DNA of 64,000 nucleotides from Tubiluchus corallicola (Eukaryota; Animalia; Priapulida): NCBI GenBank assembly GCA_030141605.1, contig JAQGDQ010000361.1, positions 124,001 to 188,000 of the forward strand, read 5' to 3'. Shown piece by piece: positions 52,082 to 64,000 of this stretch (position 1 is its first letter; each line of letters starts with the position of its first letter). The notes under the pieces were generated by a model. It saw only the letters and a program-made list of their open reading frames with translations, ran no database searches and was not told where the DNA came from. The position numbers and the translations under genes were made by a program.

Positions 52082-53133
52082 GGCAGCTAATGTTTCGAAT
52101 CATTGTTGCTCCAGACTTCCAGTAGACGTTGAAATATCTGTTGGCACAAATGTTCTGCAACGAAGGATTTTTTACAATTTTTTTTTACTAAAATGGTGTT
52201 TTAACTGTACTTTAGCAGCCATGGAATAATTGTTTTAAAATACCTGAGAATGTACAAAATATGACACAAATTAAGAGTTTGTGGACTCTATGTAGAATAT
52301 GTGTGTTAATGTCTAGTTGTTTACTCATTGTTTAACATAGGATTATGCATAGGAGTTGGTTTGTTGATGATATGCTTAATACAACAATGAAAACTGTAGG
52401 ACCACTACTGCCCTCTAGTGTAGGAAAAGTTAGATAATATATTTTCGTCAAACACGAAGAACTGCAAATGGAAACTAAAGTGCTCAACTATTTATGTCAT
52501 TTCTAATAAACGGACATAATCTGTTTGCGTAAATTGTTATGGATTTTTATAAGATTTTAAGAGGCCGCTTAGGTTAAGAGGCCCACTGAGTTTACGTCAG
52601 TAACTCGACTTTTACTTTTAGTGCTGGTTAGTAATAATCAAAACGTGAGTAAATAGACCGAGATTGGTATTTAGTAAACAGGATAACAAAATATTTAAAC
52701 TGAACGTGCTAAAGACAAGTAGCTTACATTGGTTAGCCCGTTTTCTTCCAAAGGAGACATGCCGATGCGTAGGCTCAAGAATCGAACACTTATAGACAGT
52801 GGTACATTTAGACGTGTGTAGGGTACTTAAAATCTTCATCAGAGGTAACCTCATTGACGAACAGCGTGGTCATTATTAATTACTTATATTTGCATAGCGC
52901 TTATATTCAAGCAGGCTGCACAAGTGCTTGTTGTGTAATACCTTGCACCTGTTCGTTATGTGGCACTTGTATAGCTGCCCTTATAAATGTGCCCTTTAAA
53001 TGAACATGAAAGCATACAGATTTTCCGAAGATAATAAGAATTTTTTTATAAAATGTGACATCCTCAAATTTTGGCGCCCTTGGCTATTAGTTAATACGCC
53101 CCGTTCACATAACACAGAGAAGCAATAGATTAC

Positions 53134-53412
53134 AGCGTATTCAGACTAGCGAGTTTTCTGTCTCGAGTTTTCTTACGCACAGCAAACTCGCAAGTGTGAA
53201 CTGCTTTGCGAGCTACTCTCGGCAGATTATTACACACTCACTGACACTCGCTGATAGTTGATTTCCTGCCTAGTGTGAACATCTCAGTGAGTAACTTGGC
53301 GCGTTTCCGGCAATGAATAAAGAAGTGTGTGTCAGCTAGTGCTTACTGTCAAACAGTTTTGCTCGCTAGTCTGAACACGATTGTGAGTTACTTGGCTAGT
53401 TTGAACGCGCTA
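53134..53412. mobile_element. PIF/Harbinger-like MITE family C
   Basis: tta CAGCGTATTCAGACTAGCGAG ... GCTAGTTTGAACGCGCTA tta. Confidence 0.75.
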
Positions 53413-53628
53413 TTAAAGCCGAATTTAACACTCACGTGTGTGGAATACATCACCTAACTACAATCAAACAGAACAAATGCAACAACTTTTTAAAATTGAA
53501 TTTTGCCAGTGTATTGTTTAGTCTTATGTTAATTTCAATAATTAATGTTGTGTACAACGACCACACTAATTATTATTAATAATAACTGGACAGTATGAAG
53601 AAGGTTTAGAATCTGTCAAAAAATATTA

Positions 53629-53986
53629 AGGTACGACTCCACGTGTACGTAATGCGTGATGCGTGATCCGTAATGCGTATACAGCAGTTTGTATTTAAAC
53701 ATGTAGAAGTGTTTCCATGTATACGTAATGCGTAATCTGCAATGTGTGATACGTGAACCTGATCACTAGCGTCTGAATACGCATCACGCAGCAGTAGGCA
53801 GACGGGAAACCGTCGTTACCTAGCTGATTATAGCGGAGCTATTTTCAAGTTTCTGGTGACCATTTCAGCTTTCTGAAAATTCTAGTTAGATGGGTTTTGG
53901 TCATGCGTGAGTTTTGTTAATACGCGTAGCGTTTACGGACGCATGGAAACAGTCAGTACGCATTATGTGCACATGGAGTTCTAGCT
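53629..53986. mobile_element. Short Harbinger derivative, same family as 7012-7619
   Basis: Colinear ends; lacks the internal transposase remnant. Confidence 0.8.
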
Positions 53987-54106
53987 TAAGTCTGTTGTAA
54001 TCTGGAGTAAAAGATGGTTTGTATTTACGTCACAAATGTTGATGACAAAATTAATAATAGAATTTTTCATGCCAAGATGAGACATGTACAGTGGATAATA
54101 AACAGT

Positions 54107-54255
54107 CTACAAGGCGGATTTGCAAACTCCGCAAGACAGTCTGCAGTAGGTCAACATGTAGTCTGGATTCTTCTGACATTCCTGTAGGCCAGCCCAAAGT
54201 GAACAGTATCTGTTTTCATCCGTGCAAACGTCACCGCTGTCGTTGTCGTCATCCT
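54107..54255 (-). CDS. Astacin-ShK exon 9 (ShK 3, stop)
   Basis: tttcag|[48 protein letters not shown]. Confidence 0.93.
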
Positions 54256-57200
54256 CTGAAACAGTAATTGAAATCTTCAAAATCTGTTGCAATCTTCAAA
54301 TGGAAAAACATGCCTTAATAATACTCAAATCTAAAAAAATTATTTGTTTTGAAGATTTGCGCAAATGACTAATAGAGCGAAATTGGAAAAACATTTGCTC
54401 TTCTCCATTTGCGTTACGCCTTCTTACGGCCTGTTCACACTAGCGAGCTTTCATGCCCAGTTACTCGCTAAGTGACTTGCAAGCATGCTCAGGCTCAACT
54501 TGCTGCAAGTTACTCTCCGACTGTAAGCGCGAGCTCTCTATTCACTGCGAGAAGTGTCGAGAGTAACTCACTGAGGCATTCACACTAGACAGTAACTCAA
54601 CTAGCAGCAACTGTCGAAGAGTCTGCAATAATAACTTGTCGACAGTAACTCACAAAGCGGTTCACATTTGTGACCTTTTACTGTCAGAGAGAAAACTCGC
54701 TAGTCTGAACGTGCCGGTAGCTCCGTAGAATTTATTTTATTTATTTATTCATTTATTTACTTATTTACGATGAAATGAAGCTCTTTACAAAAAGAATAAT
54801 AATCAACTGTTTTTTCCAGTAGTTTATTAACTACGATATGTTACATTCCTTTTATAGGTGATTTAGCAAAGAGAAAGAAGGTGTGAAGACGGTTACGTTG
54901 TGCCATCTGTGGGGCACATAATTCAACTTTTTGAACAATACTCAAAGACTCTTTTTGCACATTTGTCTCGTATTTGGAGATTAACTACTCTAATCACTAA
55001 TGCATTGTTCCTGCATTTTTCAAGATTACAAAACAAAAATTACGAAAACGTAAAACCGACCTGAATATTTGCACGTTTTGCAAGATTTCTTGCATTTTTC
55101 TTGCATGTATTCACTGTTTTTATGACATTCTCCGATTCTAGCCCAATATGCACATGCTGTAGATTCGTCGGTACAATTTTGTTTATTCTTTTCTGCAAGA
55201 TAAAAAAATCATAAGCAATTACTTTAAAACAAAGAAAGACAAAATTAAAAAATACAAAACTGGCATTTGAGACAAAAATTGTTAGATTCTCAAGTTTTTA
55301 AAACCGGGAAATCCTAATGCTATTGCTATCCTAATTGGTATCATTATACCAATTGGTATAATTGTTATAATCACTGTTAATGCTATCATCGTCATCATCA
55401 TCATTATCGTCGTCGTTGTCGTCGCCATCATCGTCATCATCATCGTCGTCGCACCACACCACCACAACCATCATCATCACCATTACTGGTTGGCATACTG
55501 TAACAAACGCACAGTCAATTAGTTTTTTGTTCTTGCCTTCAGTGTCACCGCATACACCACAGGCTTTCTTGCAGAACTGCAACATATAATCTGCAGTTTT
55601 CGTACACTCTCCAATGCTGGCCCATTGTTCACAATATGCGTTGTTATTCTCACATTCTAAAAATAACCATAGACATAGCAATAACAATAACAATAGCTAT
55701 GATGCTAACAAAAATTGGACAGCAGTATATTATCAAACGTAACATTAAGCCAGTTCTAATACACAAAATCAGATTAGAAAGCTGTGCTATAAGAAAAGCT
55801 CCATCCACAATTTTCAAATATTGTGCAAGGACGAATTTATATTCATTTGGCTGAACTACTGCACTCTTGCTGGTGATGTGACTATAGAGATAGATTAGTT
55901 AGCTGATGTCATAGTAGTTCCCATTTGCTTAAGAAAAGCTATTACTTGGTTTGCACTAAACAAAGAATTATTTTTATTATATAAATCGATGCTTGGTGCG
56001 GTTTATAGGATAAGCTTATATGAAAGTTTTGTGACTCAGTTTTACAAATCGGTTTACAAAAACACAAACTTAGAGAAAACTTACATTGTTTGCACAGCTT
56101 TTACATTTCCAAAACGTGAGTATAGCCAGAATTCATAATGACAATTGGAAAAGTGGGCGTACCTTTTACTAGCAGCGTTTATGCCAAATTACTGACCATT
56201 ATCTAGAAGTTTAATTCACCTTTTTCACCATTGTCCTCCCTACAGACGTTACACGCTCTTTGGCAGTACTTAAGCATGTAATCTGAGGACTTGTTGCATT
56301 CACCGATACCAGCCCAGTACTCACAGTGTTCATTGATATCTACACAAGCTAAACACAGAGCATAATTAATTAATCAGATAATCACTAAACTGTGACACTA
56401 ATGAAGCTTATTTACATGTTTTCCTTAGCAATTATATTCATATGTTTATAAAATATTTTAGTTTCACTTAATAAAAAGCACAATACAATTAATTAGAATA
56501 AGACTCATGATAAAAAGCCCCCCCCCCCCGTAGTTTAGAGTCCTTTGTCCAGCTTGTGTTTGGCATAACGGTATATGCAATTTATTTCTTGTGGCTGACC
56601 TGGTTCGATGCTGATGCGTATAGTTAAAAAAGTGTTGCTTTAAAAGATTTTAGTCACTTAAGTATTTTGAAGTATTTTGTGCATAAAGCATACATATGCA
56701 TTTGCTTTTATTTGGGCGTTCAAGAGCAATTTAGTGGACTGGCTAGTTGTGGGGTCAGTGAGTTGGTTACCTAGTTGGTCAGTCAGTTTGCCCGCTATTT
56801 AATTTGTTAATCAGGCGTTTCTTGACGTACGATCCAGACTACCATATGTGATATTTTCTGTATAACAGCTTAACAGACGTTACCAAACACTTGTTAATTT
56901 GTCGATCTTCCTTCACTCATTCACTTTTGTTCACTCATTACCTTCGTCTTTCTTTTCCTCACAGTTGTACAATTTGTTTATTTTTCTGACGTCCGTCTCG
57001 CTGAGTCCTTTTCTCTGGCCGATTGCTTGCCCTACTTGCTTGGGGGTGACAGTTGGCCCAGCGCCCGTAGAGAAAGCCAAGCGTCCGTAGTGCATTATGC
57101 TCTTGTAGTCGTACTCTTCTCCCAAATGTTGTATATGCTTCAGTGTGTACTTTCTAAAGTTCGGAACTTTTCCTGTTTTCAGTAAAAATAGTTTTTCTTT

Positions 57201-58635
57201 TCATACAGTTATCGTTTTAATCTCATGTAAGTCCTGCACACAATAAGTAATACCTGCATTCTTTATCGGGAATAGCTTGAAAGAAAACACAGCGTGAGTT
57301 TGATCTTTGACAAAATAGTTGTCTTATACAAGCCCATGTAATAGTTTTATTTGTTAGTGCCAAAATACATACAATACAAGAAAAAAAACAAGACATACAT
57401 ATAATTGTCGAGAACTACGCTTCTCGAGTAATACTGTTTATTCATGAGTTACAGGTATCTTTTCTAAACCTGTTTTCACAGTATACATTTAACTCCATGT
57501 AAACTAGTTTTGTACTCAATTAAACGTGTAGTCACTTGCATATAGGCTTCCTTAACAGAAGAAGGTATATATAGTTATAATCTTGCAACTTCTTTCTAGC
57601 TAGCTTGGAGGGACGTAAAATTGCGTTATGGCTCTCCAATTCCTCCTTATCGAGGATAATCCGTAGCCAATTATCGGTATGTAGTTTTTATATTTGTATT
57701 CTGTAGTATGCAAATCGTTTCATTCATGCCCATTTTGACGTAGTCATCAATTTAACGTAGCCAATGGCTGTTACGTAGCGATTTTGCTCTATTTTCTTTG
57801 TTCAGTGGTGCACCATGGAGGTGAGTCAACGACATTTTACCAATTGGTGAAAACATTTGAAATAATTATAGTTTCATTTTCTAATTACATAAGTCTTTCA
57901 AGCAGGTAAGCGAAATACTAAGTAACATAATTTCGCATGATAAGCTTTTTGGGACGTAATTTAACATTTTCTTTTCTTCCCCTGATTTACGTTACGTTAG
58001 GTACATGACGTCATGAAATGGCGCCGTCGGAACAGTATTGCGGGAGATTTAAAATGAAAACAAACAAAAAATCCTTTCAACGCGAGTACGATATACGCAT
58101 AAAATTGCTATAAAGTAATATAATTTTGAAGGCGATTTTTCTGAAACCTACGTCAGGTATTCAGGGCATCAATCTACATGAAGCAGGCTCTGTCGTAGAT
58201 TCGAGCTCAGTTTAGTATTAGTTCTCAATTGATAGAAGGAAAACAGAATGATTTTTCGTCCTCAGTAAGATTGGATAAACCATTTGATATAAAAATCAAA
58301 CCTGGTAAAATATTTTGGTGGTGGATGACGACAAATTCGTCTCTATCAGCTCTGCTTTGCTCGTGCCAGAATCCCAGTGCATGCATCAGCTCATGAACAA
58401 CAATTCCATGATGAACGCAACCTTTTCCTAGGGAAATATTCTGGAGCGCGCCCTGTCGGCCAACAGCAGAAGTACATCTGTTACAGATTTATTATTATTT
58501 TTATTAAATCTCATTGTTTTCTGTTACAGAAAAAAGGAAACGAACGTTATCAAGTTTATTTTGTGAGTTTATCAACTTTCCAGGAAATGAGGAAATAAAA
58601 AGGCAAAAGCGGGAGGCGAGAGAGAGAGAGAGAAG

Positions 58636-58672
<37 letters not shown>

Positions 58673-61042
58673 AAGCAGGCAGTCAATTATCAGACAGGAT
58701 GAAAAACAAGCAAATGAGTGCAAAAGGAAGACGAAACTAAGTAAAAGTAAAGAAAGATAACATAGACAATGAAAGGAGTAGAAGAGATAATAAAGAAAGG
58801 AACAAAAAGAAAAAAGAAAAGGGAAGAAAGAATAACATAAAGAAAACTAAGTAAGTAAGCCAAGCAAATAAGTGAACAAGGAAGAACGAAACAAATAAAA
58901 AAGAAGAACAAAGGAGAAAAAAATGAACATCAGAACAAGCGAGGGCAGTCAACAAGTAAGCAAGTAGCTAAAAATATCACTAAAAAGTAGAAAATGAAAA
59001 CGACACAGAAAGAAGCGAAAATTGATAATAAATACGTGAGAAAATTGTACTTGAAATAAAATTAAAGAAGGACCTTTCAAATGCGTACGAATTTGACTTT
59101 TTAAAAAAAACTTTTTACCCTTTTCGTGGTGCAATAAAGACATAATCATTATGTTCATATCGAGGTACGAAGCGAATGCAGGTTTTTGCCGAATATTCGT
59201 CAATGGCTCTTTGTATGACAGATCTAGCATTGGGGTTTACAGTTTCTGAAATAATAATAACGAACAGTTTTGTGACTTTTTGTATTTGAAATCTCTTGTA
59301 GAATGAGTTTCTGACGTTATGTCGGTCACATAAGGTTTTCAGTTCTTAATTCTGCAACAATCTTAATCCAGTTATGTTGCTCACAAGTGCAACAACAACG
59401 ACGATGACGACGACAAAAACATGACCACCACCATCACCACCACCAACAACAACAACAACAAAAAACTACACTAATTTTAATATTACGAATAAATATTATT
59501 AACAGCAAAAATTAATATTTCAAGCAACGAAAGTTTCTGTGCAAAGTAATGAATAAATTTGTGGATAGCTTGTCTCACGGTGCATTTTTTAAAAGTTTTT
59601 ATTTCTTAAACTAATATGAAGTATGAAATTAGAATTGACACCTACCGAATTCTGCAGAAATTTCGTAAGGAACTTCTGCATTTGGCCATTTCAAGTTATC
59701 ACCTACTGCAGCACTCTCACTCTACAGTAAAAAAACGTATAATAAATAAATAAATTATGATAAGGTCAGCAATGTGGCTGTTTGTTTCTTATACATTTGC
59801 GCTTTTTATATCATTATAAGAACTTAGTATAAGTTGTTTGTACTTACTGATAAACTTGGTAGTATAATATCACCTTCAAATTCACCTGCAAAATAACAAA
59901 TATTATATATTTCAGAACATGTATTTGTAATATTCTTGTAATCATTAAGTTTCTTTTTCATGATGAGTTAGTTTATTATTATTTAAATTCGACAATGCTC
60001 TGTCTAATTACTTATTATTTAATTAGCAGCCAACCAATTGTTTAATTACTAGAAAAATAATTTGATAGACCTTGCGCTCCCAGATCCGCTGGCTCAGAAG
60101 CGAGGTGCGATTTTGACTAGGGGAACCTCTGTACTGACAAATCTAAAAATGGCAGTGGTCAACATGTTAATTTGTAAAAATCAGCAGGTGCTTGTGCAAC
60201 CCCAAATGAAGGAGAAATGTTTTGATTTAGCCTTGCTTTTTGAAGTCTCAAATAAAGGTATAAAAACTGAATTAAAGTTGCAATTTCAAATTGTTGGTGT
60301 CTTATATTAAAGACTTTAGTAACCGTCTTATATTGAAGTTGTTATCCCATCAGTGAGATGCTATCTGTAAAACTGCTTTCTACTGTATTAGATTTCTATA
60401 TAAGTTATAAAATTCTACGGTTTCCAGGCCAGGAGAGTCACTAACTCAGAATAAAAAATAAAAAGACGTCTTTATAAAAAGTGTCAAATTTTATTATATT
60501 GTGAGGTAATGACAATAAATTGCTTGCTTACCCACTTGCTTGTTTGCTTGCTCACTGACTTACTTACTTACTCACTCACTCACTCACTCACTCCCGTAAT
60601 TGTTTGCTTGCTTGCTTTCTTACTTATTTACCTACTTTATGTTATAGATTTTAACGAAACTGAACTAGAGATTGTAAGCAAGCATAATTTTTTTTGCACT
60701 TTTTAAGCACGATGTACTTTAAAGCCAATAGGAAACTTATTTCAGAAGAAGCAGGCTAAACTGTCGTTTTGAATACTGAACAATCAGCTCAGGTACTTTG
60801 AATGCCTCACAGTTACCAAAATTTCAAATGAGTGAAGATAATATTGTCACAGTTCACGTTTAGTAGTGATATAAGAATTTTTATAGGTAACCCCTTTCCT
60901 CACCTGAAAGTTCCCATTGTGATACATCGTTTCCTGCCCCGGCGTACGATTCTTGCGTAGAAATTGGTGAACACAAATAAAGCCAAGACGAAATAATTCC
61001 AATGTAAATAATTGCAAAACTTGAAGACTCTGGCATTATCAT
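54107..61042 (-). CDS. Secreted astacin-family (M12A) zinc metalloprotease with three C-terminal ShK domains, 394 aa
   Basis: complement join(61042-60904,59885-59848,59721-59646,59245-59119,58477-58302,57172-56942,56348-56220,55656-55537,54255-54107) = 1185 nt, open frame. Signal-like N-terminus, propeptide [48 protein letters not shown], Met-turn YDYKSIMHY, three 6-Cys ShK modules. Confidence 0.93.
54426..54717. mobile_element. PIF/Harbinger-like MITE family C (intronic)
   Basis: CGGCCTGTTCACACTAGCGAG ... CTCGCTAGTCTGAACGTGCCG. Confidence 0.8.
55537..55656 (-). CDS. Astacin-ShK exon 8 (ShK 2)
   Basis: ttttag|[39 protein letters not shown]|GCAAGA (GC donor inferred). Confidence 0.88.
56220..56348 (-). 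CDS. Astacin-ShK exon 7 (ShK 1)
   Basis: tttag|[42 protein letters not shown]|gtgaat. Confidence 0.93.
56942..57172 (-). CDS. Astacin-ShK exon 6 (Met-turn)
   Basis: KVPNFRKY...[19 protein letters not shown]...[21 protein letters not shown]; AG and GT boundaries. Confidence 0.95.
58302..58477 (-). CDS. Astacin-ShK exon 5 (zinc-binding motif)
   Basis: [58 protein letters not shown]. Confidence 0.96.
59119..59245 (-). CDS. Astacin-ShK exon 4
   Basis: [42 protein letters not shown]. Confidence 0.93.
59646..59721 (-). CDS. Astacin-ShK exon 3
   Basis: tgtag|[25 protein letters not shown]|gtaggt. Confidence 0.92.
59848..59885 (-). CDS. Astacin-ShK exon 2 (38-bp propeptide microexon)
   Basis: ttgcag|(G)[12 protein letters not shown]|gtaagt. 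Confidence 0.92.
60904..61042 (-). CDS. Astacin-ShK exon 1 (signal peptide, propeptide start)
   Basis: [46 protein letters not shown]|gtgagg; phase 1 joins GEFEGDI. Start could instead be the ATG at 61036. Confidence 0.8.
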
Positions 61043-61289
61043 AAATGAGGTTCCTGGCTGATTGTAAAACACGGAGTTTCACTTCACGTCCAGGAAATGG
61101 CGTCTAAGTTTTAGAAAACTCACAACACGGGAAATGGAACACATTTGACCGTGATGGAGCTTCAGACGTGTTATTACCCACATCCGTCACACGAAGTTTA
61201 TTACAGGTATGTGAAGTGAACGTACTGCATAGGGACGTTGATATTATTATTCTCTAAAACATCAGGTTTATATCAGGGACACGAAGTAT

Positions 61290-61535
61290 GAATGTGAGTG
61301 AGTGTGAAGGTGAATGAATGTGAGTGTGAACATGAATGCGAGAGTGAATGTGTGTGTGTGTGTGTGTGTGTGCGTGTGCGTGTGCGTGTGCGTGTGCGTG
61401 TGCGTGTGCGTGTGCGTGCGTGCGTGCGTGTGTGTGCGCGTGTGCGTGTGTGTGTGTGCGTGTGTGCGTGCGTGCGTGCGTGCGTGTGCGAGTGCGTGTG
61501 CGTGTACGTGCGTGCGTGCGTGTGTGTGTGTGTGT
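61290..61535. repeat. (GT)n/(GCGT)n/(GTGCGT)n repeat
   Basis: Alternating purine-pyrimidine tract. Confidence 0.95.
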
Positions 61536-62066
61536 TTAGTTTAGCTACAAAACAGAATAAACGAATACCGTTCTAGCTTTTTTATGTTTGAGAAACAAAT
61601 GTACTCTAAAGCAAAGTAAGCAATATAAGTAAACTAGATAAAAAAGAATGGCTGAACTTTATTGACCAAAGAACCTTCACAGACTTCAGCAAAAGAGGGG
61701 TAACTATATTAATCCAAAATTTAATCTAACAAGTTACTAATCACTCCAATGTAAACGAACTGACTGAGCATTGTTATTTATTAAGATGATAATGATTATA
61801 ATATTTATAATTAATTACGAAAAAACTGATAATGGTTGAGTTAAGATCATAATTAATAAAGGATCGTGTTGTCTAATAGTCTCGGTACTGGACGTAATCC
61901 AAAGGTCTATGGTTAAAAGCCAGATTCGCATCCATCTTTTTAGTCAAGTTTGGCTTCAAAACTTCATTAATTGTCATAATAACTAATGAATAGGGCAATA
62001 TTCTAATATATTTTTTATTTCACTTATGTGATACAATAAAAATATGGAAAAATTTTAGAATTCTTA

Positions 62067-62207
62067 TTAATACAGCACAGAAAGAAGAATAATGTAGACA
62101 ATAGTAATCACTGTTCCCGTTAGAACGGTCGCCAAGAGCCACTGCTTCGTAATACGTGAAGCCCTTATAGCGCCCTCTATATCTCCTCTAGCATACTTTT
62201 CATCCAC
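62067..62207 (-). CDS. Dispanin terminal exon
   Basis: ttattcag|VDEKYARGDIEGAIRAS...LLSVLY*. Confidence 0.88.
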   Translation of the reverse strand: MDEKYARGDIEGAIRASRITKQWLLATVLTGTVITIVYIILLSVLY

Positions 62208-64000
62208 CTGAATAATAAAATGACATAGTGCCCAGTAAAGTGCAAATATGTAGTTCTGATAAGCGTACTAAATCAATTACAACAAATGCTAATGAATAAA
62301 TGTATCAAAATAAACAAACAGATTTGGCAGATCTCCCTCGTACAAACGTCAGATTTTCTTGATGCGAAAGGTATGGTGATTTTTCAAAGGCTTGCAATAA
62401 GAAATAGGTGTTATTTCATAGATGATGCTCAGTGGTGCCAATATTAATTATTGCATGAGTTTTGCCCCATTTAGTTGGACAATCAAACCTATCTAAAAAG
62501 TGTAGCTACAATAATTTTAAGTGAATAACAAAAGCGAGTGCAGTAACTAAGTTGCTTACAAAAACTCAAGTGCATGCAGAAACAGAGAAAGCAGGCTTGG
62601 CAACAGCACAGAGATAGACAGCACAGAAGAGAAAGAAAAACAAACAAAGATTGAGAGATAAAAAGAAAGGCGAGGATGGAAAGACAGAAGGCAAAAAAGA
62701 TGAGAGAAGAGAGGTAAAGAGGGAGAGACAGAGAAAAAGGCAAAGTGAAATCTAAGCATCCCACAATCATATTGTTTTGATCTATGAACTGCTAATGAAC
62801 AAAATTTTGTTTCTAATTGTTTGTGCATTGCACGTCATCCAGTTTTGATGCAGTCATTGTTTTTGGAAATATAAATACTTATTTGTTCTCACCGATACGA
62901 TTTCCACCAATAGTGATTTGAGGTTTGGTAACAATTGACAGAAATACCTGATCACTTATTGGGCGTCGTTGGCGTAGGTCTATGACTGATCACCTATTCA
63001 GCATCATTGGCGTAGGTCTATGAGTGATCACCTATTGGGCATCATTGGTGTAGATCTATGACTGATCACCTATTGGGCATCATTGGTGTAAGTCTATGAC
63101 TGATCACCTATTGGGCGTCGTTGGCGTAGGTCTATGACTGATCACCTATTGGGCATCATTGGAGTAGGTCTATGACTGATCACCTATTGGGCATCTTCGG
63201 CGTAGGTCTATGACTGACCACCTATTGGGCATCATTGGAGTAGGTCTATGACTGACCACCTATTGGGCATCATTGGAGTATGTCTATGACTGATCACCTA
63301 TTGGGCATCTTCGGCGTAGGTTCGTGACTGATCACCTATTCATCATCATTGGCGTAGGTCTATGACTGATCACCTATTGGGCATCATTGGAGTAGGTCTA
63401 TGACTGATCACCTATTGGGCATCTTCGGCGTAGGTTCGTGACTGATCACCTATTCAGCATCATTGGCGTAGGTCTATGACTGATCACCTTTTGGGCATCA
63501 TTAACGTAGGTCTATGACTGATCACCTATTCAGCATCATTGGCGTAGGTCTATAACTGATCACCTATTCAGCATGATTGGCGTAGGTCTATAACTGATCA
63601 CCTATTGGGCATCATTGGAGTAGGTCTATGACTGATCACCTATTGGGCATCTTCGGCATAGGTCCGTGACTGATCACCTATTCAGCATCATTGGCGTAGG
63701 TCTATGACTGATGACCTTTTGGGCATCATTGGTGTAGGTCTATGACTGATGACCTTTTGGGCATCATTGGTGTAGGTCTATGGCTGGTCACCTATTCAGC
63801 CATAGGGCGTAGGGAGATGACCTGACGCAGGGAAATCTGTCAGTGAATATTTTTCTTTGGATAAATAAACGAAGAATCAATAACAGGTAACTTCTTAATT
63901 CTAATTGTCACAGCTACGTACCTGCCACGAGTAGCACAGTGTAATAATTCCAAAAATTGGCATGCAAAATATGCAGGCAACGATGGCCCATGCCATGTAG
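62067..64000 (-). CDS. CD225/dispanin-family membrane protein (IFITM/PRRT1-like), 5' partial
   Basis: complement join(64000-63922,62207-62067): YMAWAIVACIFCMPIFGIITLCYSWQ|VDEKYARGDIEGAIRASRITKQWLLATVLTGTVITIVYIILLSVLY*; GT-AG phase 0 intron; GDxxGAxxAS motif between two hydrophobic segments. Confidence 0.88.
62949..63812. repeat. 38-bp minisatellite, about 22-23 copies, in the dispanin intron
   Basis: Unit TGATCACCTATTGGGCATCATTGGCGTAGGTCTATGAC, head-to-tail with no spacers. Confidence 0.97.
63922..64000 (-). CDS. Dispanin penultimate exon (cut by the window edge)
   Basis: YMAWAIVACIFCMPIFGIITLCYSWQ|gtacgt. Confidence 0.87.

Noticed and set aside
60071-60470. Extra astacin N-terminal exons in intron 1
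   Set aside because: Weak donors or in-frame stops; exon 1 already joins exon 2 in frame to give WELSGEFEGDI.
62949-63812. CRISPR-like periodicity (also 28528-29145 and 34505-35013)
   Set aside because: Head-to-tail units with no unique spacers, no cas genes, eukaryotic context.

Overview
AT-rich, microsatellite- and transposon-dense invertebrate animal genomic DNA with spliceosomal introns and one assembly gap (N, 39831-40512). Most ORFs in the supplied track are repeat artefacts. Genes below were rebuilt by hand from splice sites and reading-frame phase; no database search was possible. Well-supported genes: (1) a synaptophysin/synaptoporin-family MARVEL gene on + (4 coding exons at 44535-50111; first coding exon missing, probably in the gap); (2) a complete 9-exon, 394-aa secreted astacin metalloprotease with three ShK domains on - (61042-54107), including a probable GC-AG intron; (3) the last two exons of a CD225/dispanin gene on - (64000-62067). 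The left half holds two loci the ORF track misses: a small two-exon Arg/Ser- and GQRPRP-repeat protamine-like gene behind an RFX X-box/CRE-like promoter (6314-5922, -, apparently disabled), and a long decayed multi-BTB/BACK pseudogene on - (core 8115-13210, possible remnants to about 33400). The rest is MITE families (PIF/Harbinger-, hAT-, TTAA/Kolobok-like and an abundant 380-bp TIR family), LINE fragments, a SINE and minisatellites. No CRISPR, rRNA or intact tRNA was seen.
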